Shown: positions 25,530-38,987 of the stretch, piece by piece
Layout: each line of letters begins with the position of its first letter
Position numbering within the stretch: position 1 is the stretch's first letter
Origin: the human T2T-CHM13v2.0 reference genome, Homo sapiens
DNA: 64,000 bases
Direction: 5' to 3' (one strand)
Assembly: GCF_009914755.1 (NCBI RefSeq)
Contig: NC_060942.1
The notes under the pieces: generated by a model
Seen by the model: only the letters and a program-made list of their open reading frames with translations
Databases searched by the model: none
What the model was told of the DNA's origin: nothing
Made by a program: the position numbers and the translations under genes

Positions 25530-28164
25530 CTGATCAGTTGGTATTTTTAACAGTAGGGAGAATAAAGGAAATCTCTGATACTGTTTACAAATTTAGTAGT
25601 CAAGTTTGGAGAGGAATCCTCAAACAATCCTATCTGCTTCAAAGTTTATCTGAACTACCCTCCAGTCACCCACTATCTCTGGATGAAGGATTTGGAAGGG
25701 AGGAAGTGAAGCCCACAGAGATATTCTGAGGCAAAGCAGAGGAGGAAAAGGTACCGTCTGCCATCTGATATGGGTGAAACTGGGGCAGTTATGAATTTCA
25801 AGCCAATTCAGACTGATTTAGAGAAAACTTCCAGGCTTGGAATCCAGCTCTCATTAAGTCTGTTTCTAACTTAAGGCAGGAGAAATGTGGATTCAATTTC
25901 TGGCAATGAGCAGGAAGAGGTAGTTTTCTACTTCTTGTTAGAGAACCATTCTTATTAGTTTATCCCATTCCTTTCAGTTACTACACAAACAACATCTCTA
26001 CACTGACATTGTCAATCCTTGGCATCTGCACTGAGTAAAAGTAAATATGATTGTTAAAATGGTAAAGTCATATGTCCCACTTGATAATTTTATAATGCTT
26101 TTAAATTAATTATTAAACAACTGTGAACTAAATTCCTCTAAGAGTTACAGACCCTTTAGAGAAAATTAAAAGAACTGAAGATCAAATTTTGGGACAATTT
26201 GTGGGAAACCTGGAAGAGTTTTATCCAACAGGTAAAAAATGTCTTAATTAAAGCATCCAATTATTCTCTCCAAAAGACTTAGTACCTACTAAGTGCAATA
26301 AAGGCCCTGAATTTCGTGAGGTCTGACTAGAACACTAGAGTAGAGGATGAATCAACCAAGAATCTGGCCCTCATGCAGCTTATTTAGAATCCTTGGCACA
26401 TTAATTTAAAATTGCCTTTTTATTTAATTACTTCCCTTCAAATTACTGAGTCGAGATGTCCATGACTGTGATTGAATTGAAGGTAATAAAGTCCCTAAGG
26501 AAGCTCTGGAAGGCACAATCTCTCTACACGGAGAGAAATCAGTGACTAACATTTTACCCCGCACCAGGAACTGCATCACATAATCTGTCACTGTCCAAAT
26601 ACAATTTTCTTTTTTTGTAAATGAGTCAGTCTCAAACCTCTGATTGCACCATTTCAAATGCAAATAATTCTGTTCCAACTGCCTCTTTACATTAGCTAAA
26701 TGAAGTCATCAGTAACCAAAATTGGAGAAAATCTTAACACAACTGCCGTAAACAACTTTTAAAGTTTTATATCCCATAAGAATGAAACCGTTATGAGATA
26801 GTTAAGATTCATTAAAGATACCCACCCCTGGTATAACTCATATTCAAAAACAATAATACTTTCCCCCATAACCAATAGTGGTCAGAGCAAATTATAATCA
26901 AAGATAGATTTCTTGGAGGGTGATGATACCATTAGATTTAAGGAATTAAAAATACATGAAACTTTTGAGTTAATGAACAGGGTCCTTAACTGCTCATTTA
27001 ATTCAAACAGCTGTTTGTTAATGCCCTAAGCAGTGTCATAAACTGTGAAAATACTGTTGAGTGCAAGACACTAGTTAATGCTATAAAGCAACACATGCTC
27101 TAATATTAAAAGGATTTAATGGGATTAATAGAGAATAAAACATTAACTCCCTATTATGATGTTTTAGAACCCAAGGGCAAATTCTGGCTAAAAAGAACTC
27201 TGGTTCTAAAACCACAAAAAGTAAACTCCAGCACTGTACAGCAAATCATGGCAATTTTATGCCCTTGAAAAAAAGTGGAACCCTGATAAGATCACATCTG
27301 TTCCAATCACATACTGGATAAAATCACTGTTTACTAAAGTCCTAAATAACTAAAAATGTGGAACCCCAACAGGATCCCATCTGTTAATGCTAAAACTTGG
27401 ATATGGTCCCATTAGAAAAATTCCATATAATAATGTTCCAGCAAAAAAAAAATAGTAAAGAATTTGGATTTCATTTCATCAATTTTGTCTATAGACTTAT
27501 ATACTGGTTTTCTGCAAATATACCATTATGTGATCTATAATGCATTTTCTTATGGGTAGTTGCTACAATTTTAACAGATCAGACAAAAGCTGATCCAAAA
27601 TAACAAATTCTAGTCATTTTCTGAGATTCAGGAATTTTAAGTCAATTTTTGTCCATTGTTTTATTCTTTACTTTGCATTGGAGTCTATTTTCATAGAAAA
27701 CTTACTGTTTTATATATTTCATAATATAAAAATTATAGTAATGTTCTTGTAAAATATTTTAGCTATTTGCAAGTACATCAAGAATTTTAATTCTGGATTA
27801 AATATATGTTCACAATTCACAGAGAAACAGATTCATATTTAATGCTCTTTTGGCAGTGTAATATATAACTTGATAGCATAGCTAAATTTCATTTAAGATA
27901 GACTTATGTATTCAGATAGTTGTAGACATAAGTGTAAAGTCATTACCGAAGAGCAAGGATTTCTGGATTAAAAGAAAAAGTTAAGATAGTTTTGGTGAGA
28001 TTGGTGAGATTAAATAATTTAAAATATCTGTAAAAAATAGCAGATTGTAATTTTTGGAATATATCTTTTAACAACTGTAGTATTTTCATTTTCTTAGAAT
28101 ACTATTAAAATGTAGATTTTCAGATTTTTCTTATAAGCAAACATTTATAAAATTTTTGTCCCCA

Positions 28165-28395
28165 TTTTATTGCAACCTTATGTGCTAGGCACTGTACTAA
28201 ATTATTATGTAGTTTGACTTAACATTCACAAAAAATCCATGAGTATGTAGTATTGTTGTAACTATTTTACACATAAGGAAACAAAGCCTCAGAGAGATAA
28301 AATAAATTCCCAAGGTTATTCAGCTAGCATATGATAAACTCAGGTCTAAAAACCAAGAGTGTTAGGTTCCAAGGTCATGTTTAAACACACTGTGC
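28165..28395 (-). mobile_element. MIR, near full length
   Basis: TATGTGCTAGGCACTGTACTAA; ATTTTACACATAAGGAAACAAAGCCTCAGAGAG; CCCAAGGTTATTCAGCTAG. Confidence 0.85.
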
Positions 28396-29484
28396 AGTGC
28401 TGCCCCAGGGGGCATTCTCTTGGTAGAAATATCAAGAAATTAAGACTAATAAAAATCACTGTGTTCACTAATTACCATGGCTGAGATTAATGCAAACATT
28501 CGACCTGGTTTGTCTCTGATATGTTCTACTAGCAAGAAATACGTACTTCCTCTTATCAAGCTTAACAGGCTATCAGACAGGTAGGTGACATAGGCAGGCT
28601 AATATTTTGTCTCCTCTTCAATACGTTTTCTAGACAAACTGTGTATTTCCTTTCCTCAGACAAAAAGGAATTACACAATTTATTACAATTTTCCTTTGCC
28701 CTGGCTGTCAGCAAATTAGAGCATAAATTTAAATATTTATTTAACATTGATTTAGCTGGGATGGGGAAGGCACCAGCAATAAGGCAGGTGCTTCATTCCC
28801 ACTTCACCATCCTATCTCCTTTACAAAACCAAGACAAAATTAAAATGTGCCTATTATATAAGGAGTTGAGTGTGGAGCTGTGAGCTAATGGGAGCCATAT
28901 TTCCAAATTATTTCATTGATGTTTTATTGAATAGAATTTTAATGATAGAATTCATGATGATTAATTTTCTATCTGAAAATATTCAACAGAAAGTTAAAAG
29001 GTCATTTAAACTATCGATTACTGTAGGTGCTCTCAACTTTATTTCTGTATTAAATCAGTTTTCTACATGCAGCACAGCTAAATTATATCAAGATAATGTA
29101 TTGTAAATATAGCTATTAACTAGAAAAAGTTCCATTTTAAAATATTTGAATACTTGTTCGTTATAAACTCATCAAAAGGAAAAATGAAAAAAATCATGCC
29201 CAAACAGAACTATGAAAGTAACAAAATTCAGAACAATAAAAGTGACAATTTCAAAATTACAGTGGTAATATTTTGTTATGGAAAAAGAAAAATTTTATTA
29301 AAAGTATCATATAGTTAATATAATTATCTTAGAATTATGAATATAATGGTTTCTGAAATAATAAAGGCATGATTCTCTGTCTTTAATATACTTACCCACC
29401 AACATTATGCCATTTCTTATAGGATTTAAACATTAAAAGAATATTTGTTGCCCTGAATGATTGTTTCAGAGAAATGAATATTAA

Positions 29485-29650
29485 CTTGGAAGACTTTTAG
29501 CTGTATGTAAACTTCTGGCATTACTTAACCTTACTGAGCTTCAGTTTCCTTAACAGTAAATAATAATATAACATGAAACCACATTAGATTATATGACCTA
29601 GCCATGACAACCACTAAATATAATTCCAGGCCCAAGTCAGGTTATTTACA
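29485..29650 (+). mobile_element. MIR fragment
   Basis: MIR core TTACTTAACCTTACTGAGCTTCAGTTTCCT. Confidence 0.65.
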
Positions 29651-30831
29651 AATATTAACTTTTTATATTTCTAAATACATTTTATGCCTCCTTTTGGGGC
29701 AAAACAGAATTATAAAATACTTCACCTTTTCTTTTTTGTTACGGCTGCCCCAAAATTCAAAGTTATATTGATTGTTTGTTTGTTTCTTTGTTTTTTTTTG
29801 GTGCTACTCATGTAGCTAAGACATCTCTCTTTTTAGAACTGCTCCTAGTCTCATTTTTTAACGACTTTTAACTTCCTGACCTCATCTACACTTTCATTGT
29901 GTAAATGGTCTTTAATGGCTTTATAAAAATATTAGCAGGGTGATAGATGAGTAAAGTGAGTATATTTTTATTGAATTATTCTGTGATAAATAAGTTGTTT
30001 TCTGTGGAAATATCTCCAGGAAGACAAATGAAAAAAAGTTAAGGTGAAATTAATTCTCTGCATATCCTCTTTGAAATGTTTGAGTTACAAACGACTTTTC
30101 AAGAATGTACTAGACATGAAAGAATGTTTTCATGTAATCTAAAAGAGGTTATGCACTATTGAAAGCAAATTCATTGGTCTATTAATTAAACCGTCTTTAA
30201 CTGACAAACATCTATATATTACGTTGTTTTTTCTTTTGGTTAAAGCATTTATCAAGTTTTTTCTTTAAAGACTGGGTTTCAAGTGTTTTATATAATAATA
30301 TTTGCACTTATAAAATTATCCATAGTTTAAATGACTAATATTTATTAACAATCATATTTTAAAAGGTAATTTAAAAGAATCTGCCTATAAACAGCATTCA
30401 TGAAAAATGAGGTGTTGGCTTTTCTTTTCATTTGAAATGGTACTTTTCTCTCAATATATAATATCTGCTTCTTCCTCTTTATTGTTAAGAACAACAAACA
30501 CAATTTTTTCTAAATAGTGTTAATAATATACCATTAACAGAGTAATTCCACAAATAAATCTACAAATAGTATGTAAATAGTGGTGGCTTGCTGGAAAAAT
30601 GCTTTTATAGTTTACTTTCCTATTTCTTTCATTACCAATTGTAATTTGTAATGATGATGTAATAATACAGCAGAATTAAGAAAGAAAACTTTGCAACAGA
30701 TTTCGATTCCCTAACCCTAAAAGTTGTTAAAGGCATTTTAATTTCCCGAGGCAAAAGAGACCATTGTATACAAGATTCTATTTTAAGTCTAACCTTATTA
30801 AAAAATAAAAACAACATTAAAGAAACCTAGT

Positions 30832-30920
30832 CTCTATTTGGAGCAAGTGGAATTTATGTTAGTAACTCCAATTAACTCTAATGGGAGTTACATGAATAAA
30901 TCTCAAAAGCACTGAGAAGA
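30832..30920. repeat. Ancient palindromic repeat, MER135-like
   Basis: Symmetric palindrome ATTTAT-N4-GTAACTCC-A-ATTA-ACTC-TAAT-G-GGAGTTAC-N4-ATAAAT (30852-30901); family name from recall. Confidence 0.6.
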
Positions 30921-31319
30921 AGGAGTTTTGCTATTATAGGGAATTCAGAGAGCTCAGATATGATTTCATTTGAAATGTTGAAATGTTATCGAAAACGTCT
31001 GTGAGAAATGCTCAATAAGCAGAAAAATATTTTATATTTGGCAAAATGACTTTGTATGTTATTATAGAGTTAAATATAAAGAATATTATTAATCTTTTAA
31101 TAGAATTTTTAAAGACGTTTAATTTTTTTCTGATTCTAGTTTAAACTGAGGAATGAAGCCAGGTTTAAGAGAAAATACATAAATTTGATCATGCCTAACT
31201 AGTGTCCTCTAGGTTTTATAGAAAGAAATTAATAACTTTTCAAACTACTGTAAACATATTTATCCCTGAAGGCCTGCTGTGATATATGCGTTAACCTTTT
31301 TCTAAATTGAAACTGTCAC

Positions 31320-31490
31320 TAAATCTTTCTTTAATCAATTTCCACAACAAGCATGTGAGGTATCTATTGTTTTACAAATTTTTTTATATTTCAACGATTA
31401 GAGAGTCTATTAATGACATGCCCAAATTGCCCAGTAAACTCCGTAGACAACTCATGAAGTCTTCTGAGCCCTAATCTCAGGCTCCAAGAA
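31320..31490 (-). mobile_element. MIR fragment
   Basis: CCACAACAAGCATGTGAGGTA ... ATGACATGCCCAA ... TCTTCTGAGCCCTAATCTCAGGCTC. Confidence 0.5.
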
Positions 31491-34400
31491 GCCACATTTC
31501 ACAGGATCATTTTGCTTAGTGTATTTAAATATATGCCTATTTATGAATGGGAGTTTTCAAAGTAGTGATTGCAAGGCTGTATTCTTAGTTGTCTAAAATT
31601 TCTGGGACGTTTTCCTGTAATGATCAGAAAACATTAATTCAATTCTACTTTGGATAAAAGTAAGTAGATATCATATAATGAAATATGATGTCACTAGATT
31701 CAAGATTTTGAGATACACTTCTGGAAAAGAGTAGTTCATATGATGTCGGCAAAGAGGAAAATCATTAAGTAGGCTAAAATGATGATGATTTTGTCCCCTT
31801 AGATGCATGTTAGACTTAAGCTAATCAATTCTGCAGGCAATTACAAAAGAAAAGAAAAAAATTTAAAGAACATGTACAAAATGCTAGAAACTCATAGATC
31901 AAAGTTTGCACCTGAGCGGTAAGTTATCAACAAGAATTATATAATAATTTTAGGTCTCCAGGAATAGTAATTTTAGAACTTATAAATCTATTATTACTTT
32001 TTAATATTCTACTCACACATATGGTTATAAAAATATTCATATTATGCTTAAGGAGTACCTTTTCCATAATTTATGAATGTTCATAGTTGGGGGTTAGGAT
32101 AATTGAAAACTACTTTATGAAGAGATTGTGTCCAACATCTGCTTAGATCGCAGGCTTATTTCAACATGTGACTACAAACAGCAGTTTTAAAAACAGTAAT
32201 TACAAGCTTGCATCCCAAATTATCTCAAATGTTTTGAGAAATTTCATAATAATGATCAAGAAATTTATTGCAATTGAGAAAAATTAATAGTAGCTACAGA
32301 ATGTTCACTATTAGCTACTGAAATATGTAATTTATTCTATCTACATATAAGGGTTACATTTTCATAGCTGAGTTTTAAGAAAATGGCCACTGCTTTCAAA
32401 ACAAGATTTGTATTTTTAAATCCTGTATTAGAAATGACCAAAATGTCCCTTTGTTTCGCCCATCCCATTTTTCCTTCCTTTCTTCTTTCCTTCTAATATT
32501 TATTAAACAGCACATAAGTATCAGATTGTACAATCACTGTTTAGGATAAACACTTGTTCCTAGTTTAATGTACATATGAAAGATTGAGTTTTCACACATA
32601 AGTTTCTCTGTCATTAGCAGAGGAGAAGATACCAGCATGGTCAGATCAATTAGGACTTCTTGGTGGCAAACCAATGAGCAAGTGCTGTTTTTCACAAATG
32701 AACAAAAGATATTGCTTAATTCCTCAGTTCGTAATTTGTAGTGATCTAATTCTGTATTTCATTGGACCTAAAACTAAATTGATATTCCATTAAAATGGAA
32801 TATTAAAAAAGGGAGCAGTATTTCAGAAAAAAATAAAATTAAAATGCATTTTTGTAAATATAAGATTTATCAGTTGCCCTAAATGCTGAATTGAAGTTAT
32901 AATCTTTGTCTAAATATAAATTGAAGTTAAGATGAAGGTGAAAATGTTTAAAATATTTATTAATTTTGTCATTAATAATAAAAAGAGCACCTTGGATTTA
33001 TTGGCACAGTGAAAGTTAAACTTGGAAAAGTCAATTTGCATAGGTAATGTTAAATTTAAAATTTTATTTCATTAAAAATATAATGGTCAAAGTTTTGGTA
33101 AATAAATATGCAAAGCTTAGTAAGATCATTTAGATGGCACACAAAAAAATAATGTATTTTACAAGGAGACATAAAAATATAAATTAAAATCTGTCTGATT
33201 TTTAAGTATCATGCAGCAACGTATCAAAAATCAATTTGATCTATCTAGCACTAGATGTAAAAAAGAAGCTATCCCAGATTTTGCTGATACAAAAGTAACT
33301 ATTATCACACAATTACATAGAATTACATAGAAATATATACAGTTAAGAGAAGAAAGTAAAAGTCACAAAGTGATAACCACCTGTAACTGATCTAGTCTGT
33401 TTCTTTAATGTGATAACTTTCAGATATATGGTATCTTTTTTGCATGTAGCTATCTTTGATTGCATGAGCGGTTTCACCAATGCTATTGAATGAACTTGTT
33501 ATGAACTTTGCATGACTCATTTTAAAAATCTGCCTAATTTCAACAATTTTTGGGTAGCCCACCTAGCTTGCTGATGGGAAGAATAGGGCACTGACCCTGA
33601 CATTTACCCCGTGTGACAGACTGACTCTTGGTCTGCCCTGCAAGGTTTCCCATATCCTTCTTCTGGTAATAGACACAGATTCTTGTTTACAGAGCCTGTG
33701 ATCCAATGTAACTGATTTTTGTTGTCTATTACAGCAAACTTGAAAGATCCCTTTAGAATTTTTATACCAGTCTGTACAAATGACTGTTTTATAAATCTAG
33801 CAAATAAGATCAGAAAACTCACCATGAGGAAGGGGAAAATCTGATCCTGGGTTGTTATTTTGCAGAGCAAGTTCAAGGCAGAGGCTGACCCAGCCTCCGT
33901 GGGACCTTGAGCAGGCAGAGGGGAAATGACTGTGTAGAGCTTAAACAAAAAGAGCTGAGAAGCCAGAGAACTGAATGTTGGCAGAGAACTGACCTACTGT
34001 AGTGTGGAACAAATGTAATGGGGCTTAATATGGTGAAATGACATGTTCCCTTTCTCCCCACGTACCTTGAAAAACTACTACAAGAATAGCAGATCATCAG
34101 ACCAAGTATTGGTGACTGCCTTGATAAGTATGGAGTTAGAAGATGTCTACCTCTGACTTCAGGAATGCTTATTTTCCATAATGACACTATGAGGTAGCAG
34201 AAGCACTGGAGAGCTCTCCAGGGAATGAATCAGACTTCTAATTTCCTCTCTGCAGGGTTAGAATAACTAGAGTTGATTATTTGGCCTAAGTACAAAGCTT
34301 TTGGGAACAAGGGTCAATATTGGACTTAGCAATAGAGCAACAGGGACCCTAGGGACAGAAGAATAATATATGTGTGGCCCACAGGATGAAGACTTGGGGT

Positions 34401-34671
34401 CATATGATTTGACTGTTAAAAGAAGTTTGACCTCATTTTGGAAACAAGCCACACTGTTTAACTCAATTTACAAATTTCAAGTTCAGTAAAATTTAATTTT
34501 ACATTTTTTATTTGGTGCTATCCTATTTTTTCTGAAAATAACTTGGTCTCAATAATCTTGAAGACCTATATTATTGAAGAACATTTTTCACTCTATTTCA
34601 TATAATTTGTTGTAGAAGAGTCAAGAGGCCAGTGAAAAAATGGAAATAAATTTTAAAAATTATCTATGTGA

Positions 34672-34790
34672 TCTATTTATTCATTAATACATAATTGTTA
34701 AGCACCTATTAGGTGCCAAGCTATCTCTTAGGGGTTGAGGCCATAGTGGTGAGCAAGTGAACAAACAGGCAATATCCCTGATCCCATATC
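34672..34790 (-). mobile_element. L2 3' end fragment
   Basis: TTCATTAATACATAATTGTTAAGCACCTATTAGGTGCCAAG. Confidence 0.6.
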
Positions 34791-36409
34791 AATGTAAATA
34801 TAATTTAAGAGGCATAATTAAAGTAACATACTTTTGCTTGGGTCAATTTAAATCAGAAAGAAAGAGTTAAGAGAGTGAGAGCCAGAGAGAAGAAAGACAA
34901 AGAGATCAATCTGGAAGTTTGAAATATTCCTACTTCCACTCCAATGCAAACAAATGATGAAAGAAATCAAAATGTTAGTCTCTCATTGGAACACATTTCA
35001 TTAATTTATTCAGTTCATTCACAAGCATTCATTAAGCATCTATTATGCATTGTCATTGTCATGCAAACACTTTTTAAAAAGCAAGTAATATATTGTTTTT
35101 CTATAGTTTAAACTGATTTCATAAAATATAGTCTAAGGCATAACAAATGATTGTATAAGGAATTAAGTAAAAAAGAATACCCTTAAATAGGTTAATATTA
35201 ATAGTAATGTAAATTTTTATTTTAGCAATTGTGTATTTACACCATTATAAATTTCTACAACTATTAGTTCTACTCTTTGAAGAGAACCTAGTCTGAGCTG
35301 ACGTTTGTTCTATGTCTGCAAAGATTCAAAGCCTTCCCAGGTTTTATCTAAGTAACTTTGTTTTATGTTCTATTTATACTTCATAAATCCATTATAAGCC
35401 CATCTAGAAAAGCAATTATTTCCAGGCATCAACTAATTTACTGGACTTCTTCTCAATGGATATGTGGTTTCTACTTTAGACAACCAATCTCCATAGCAAA
35501 TCAGGTGGATTTAGTTTCTGCATCCCTGTTTATACATAAGCTAAATTAAGAGTGTTACCATCACAGACATAGCTACTGGCCAAATAGAAGGTGCAAGACT
35601 TGGAAGACACAATCACACGGGCAATTAGTGGAAGCCATATCCAGAGCATAGGTCCCCTGTATTTTGCTCCAAGGCTTTTTTCCTATGTAAGGCTACTATT
35701 GAATGGCTCTGTAATTCAATAGTGTAATGGAAAGTGGACAAGGCGAACATTTAGGATATATTCTTTAGCCATTTATTTTTTATGCAAGTCGCTTAATCTC
35801 AAGGAATTTGAAGTTGCACATCTATAATATGAAAATAATAATGCCTAACCTAGTCTCACATGAGTTCAAAAGGGGGAAATTTATGTGAAAGGTATAAAGG
35901 TATTGTCATTTACATCCACCAAACATTATTGGTAAATGTGAAGCCTTGGTGTATAAATGTTATGCTCTGTTATGCTAGCATTCTAAACTTCTGAGAAATA
36001 CACAGTTGCTGAAGATCAGTTACTTAATTCTTTGCATGTCAACTACTTATTAATGTTTATGTATATCTACATGAGAAAGCACAGAAGAACTTTGTATTTG
36101 TATTGTGAGGAAAAAAGAAAAGGGCATCTCCACCTCATGAGGTACAGGTATTACTATTATAGCTTCCAGATGGTCAATCAGCCTGCACCTAGGGAGAAAA
36201 TAACAAGTAGGCCTCACTTCCCAGTCTTTTCGTCAGTGCCGCCTCCATACAACAGTAGTAAGACATAGCTCCTGCTTGGAGGACTGCTTATAGCTGCCTA
36301 GGGAACTAATGAATTTAACAGAAAAGAAAAATGTGATATTCAACTAGTTACCCAATGCACAGCATAGGTAGTAACTGCTTAAGAAGATCAGCTTTAAAAA
36401 ATAATCTTT

Positions 36410-36610
36410 ATTTCTTGCAAATTGTATGTTAAGTGCTATGTCAAGGGCTTTATTTCATTTCATTCATAATTTAATATTGACCCAATTTAAAACATGAGAT
36501 ATCCAAGATTCACAGAAGTCAAACTTGGACAAGTTTATAAAACTAGTGCATATCATCATTTAAACCCAGTTTTGTCTGACTCCAAAGCCCTTCTTCCAAT
36601 CATGGCATGA
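36410..36610 (-). mobile_element. MIR fragment
   Basis: CAGAAGTCAAACTTGGACAAG ... TTTAAACCCAGTTTTGTCTGACTCCAAAGCCC. Confidence 0.7.
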
Positions 36611-36732
36611 TATCAGTTTCACAGGAAGGAGTAGTTAGTTGCCTTGAAGTGGTACAGTCCCCTAATCTTCAATAGGAGATACTGAAAACTTTGAATTTTC
36701 ACAAACAAGACAAAGAAGGGAAGGAATTTCAG

Positions 36733-38987
36733 TGATATGGTTTGGCTGTGTCCCCACCCAAATCATATCGTGAATTGTAACTCCCACAATTCCCACGTGT
36801 CATAACAGGAACTCAGTGGGAGGTAATTGAATTATGGAGACAGGTCTTTCCTGTGCTGTTCTTGTAATAGTGAATGAGTCTCATGAGATCTGATGATTTT
36901 AAAAACGGGAGATTCCATGCACAAGCTCTCTCTTTGCCTGCTGCCATCCATGTAAGACATGACTTGCTCCTCCTTGCCTTCTGTCATGATTGTGAGGCCA
37001 TGTGGAAATTAAATCTCTTTTGCTTCCCAGTCTCTAGTATGTCTTTGTCAGCAGCATGAAAACTAATACAGTAAATTGATACCAGTAGAGTGGGGTGTTG
37101 CTGAAAAGATACCCAAAATGTGGCAGCGACTTTGGAACTGGGTAACAGGCTGAGGTTGGAACAGTTTGGAGGGCTCAGAAGAAGACAAGAAAATATGAGA
37201 AAATTTGGAACTACCTAGAGACTTGTTGAATGGCTTTGACAAAAATGCTGATAGTGATATGAACAATAAATTCCAGGCTGAGGTGGTCTCAGGTGGAGAT
37301 GAGGAACTTGTTGGGAACTGGAGCAAAGGTGACTCTTGCTATGTTTTAGCAAACAGACTGGTGGCATTTTGCCTCTGCCCTAGAGATTTGTGGAACTTTG
37401 AACTTGAGAGAGATGATTTAGGGTATCTGGCAGAAGAAATTTCTAAGCAGCAAAGCATTCAAGAGGTGACTTTGGTGCTGTTAAAGGCATTCAGTTTTAT
37501 AAGGGAAGCAGAGCATAACAGTTTGGAAAAGTTGCAGCCTCACGATGCAAAAAGAAAAACCCATTTTCTGAGGAGAATTTCAAGCCTGCTGCAGAAATTT
37601 GCGTAAGTAACGAGAAGCCAAATGTTAATCCCCAAGACAATGGGGAAAATGTCTCCAGGGCATGTCTCCAGGGCCTCCCATCACAGGCCTGGAGACCTAG
37701 GAAGAAAAAATGGTTTCATGGGCCAGGCTCAGGGTTCCCACGCTGTGCACAGTCTAGGGTCTTGGTGCTCTGTGTCCCAGCTACTCCAGCTGTGACTAAA
37801 AGGGGCCAAGGTACAGCTCCGGCTGTGGCTTCAGAGGGTGCAAGCCTCAAGCCTTGGCAGCTTCCATGTGGTGTTGACCCTTTGGGTGCACAGAAGTCAA
37901 GAGTTGAGGTTTGGGAACCTCTGCCTAGATTTCAGAGGATGTATGGAAACACCTGGATGTTGAGGCAGAAGTTTGCTGCAGGGGCGTGGCTCTCGTGGAG
38001 AGCCTCTGCTAGAGCAGTGCAGAAGGGAAATGTGGGGTCAGAGCCCCCACAATGAGTCCCTACTGGGGCATCACCTAGTGGAGTTGTGAGAAGAGGGCCA
38101 CCATCCTCCAGACCCCAGAATTATAGATCCACCAACAGCTTGAACTGTGTGCCCGGAAAAGACACAGACACTCAACAGCAGCCCATGAAAGCAGTTGGGA
38201 GGGAAGTTGTACCCTGCAAAGCCATAGGGACGGAGCTGCCCAAGATCATGAGAACCCACCTCTTGCATCAGTGTGACCCGGATGTGAGACACAGAGTCAA
38301 AGGAGATCATTTTGGAGCTTTAAGATTTTACTGCCCTGCTGAATTTCAGACTTGCATGGGACCTGTAGCCCCTTTGTTTTGGAAAATTTGTCCCACTAGG
38401 AAAGGCTGTATTTACCCAATGTCTGTACCCCCATTGTATCTAGGGAATAACTAGCTTTTGATTTTACAGGCTTATAGAAGGAAGGGACTTGCCTTGTCTC
38501 AGATGAGACATTGTACTGTGAATTTTGATTAATACCAAAATGAGTTAAGAATTTGGGGCACTGTTGGGAAGGCATGATTGGTTTTGAAATGTCAGGACAT
38601 GAGATTTGGATGTGCCAGGAATGGAATGATATGGTTTTGCTGTGTCCCATCCAAATCTCATCTTGGATTATAACCCTCACAATTCCCAAGTGTCATGGGA
38701 GGAACCCCATAGGAGGTGATTGAGTTATGGGGGTGAGTCTTTCCTGTGCTGTTCTTGTGATAGTCAATGAGTCTCACAAGATCTGATGGTTTTTAATATG
38801 GGAGTTTCCCTGAACAAGCTCTCTCTTTGCCTGTTGCCATCTATGTAAGACATGACTTGCTCCTCCTTGCCTTCCGCCATGATTGTGAGGCCTCCCCAGC
38901 CACGTGGAACTGTAAGTCAATTAAACCTCTTTTTTATTCCTAGTCTGGGGTGTGTCTTTATCAGCAGCATGAAAACAGACTAATACA
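36733..38987 (+). mobile_element. Full-length THE1 (THE1A-C group) MaLR: 5' LTR 36733-37070, internal 37071-38626, 3' LTR 38627-38987
   Basis: Both LTRs run TGATATGG ... CTAATACA; TSD TTCAG (36728-36732) / TCCAG (38988-38992); internal ORF remnant ELPRDLLNGFDKNADSD ... DLGYLAEEISKQQSIQ is typical of THE1-int. Confidence 0.97.

Noticed and set aside
37205-38454. ORFs of 97-133 aa inside THE1
   Set aside because: Fragments of the known MaLR internal ORF, interrupted by stops and frameshifts.
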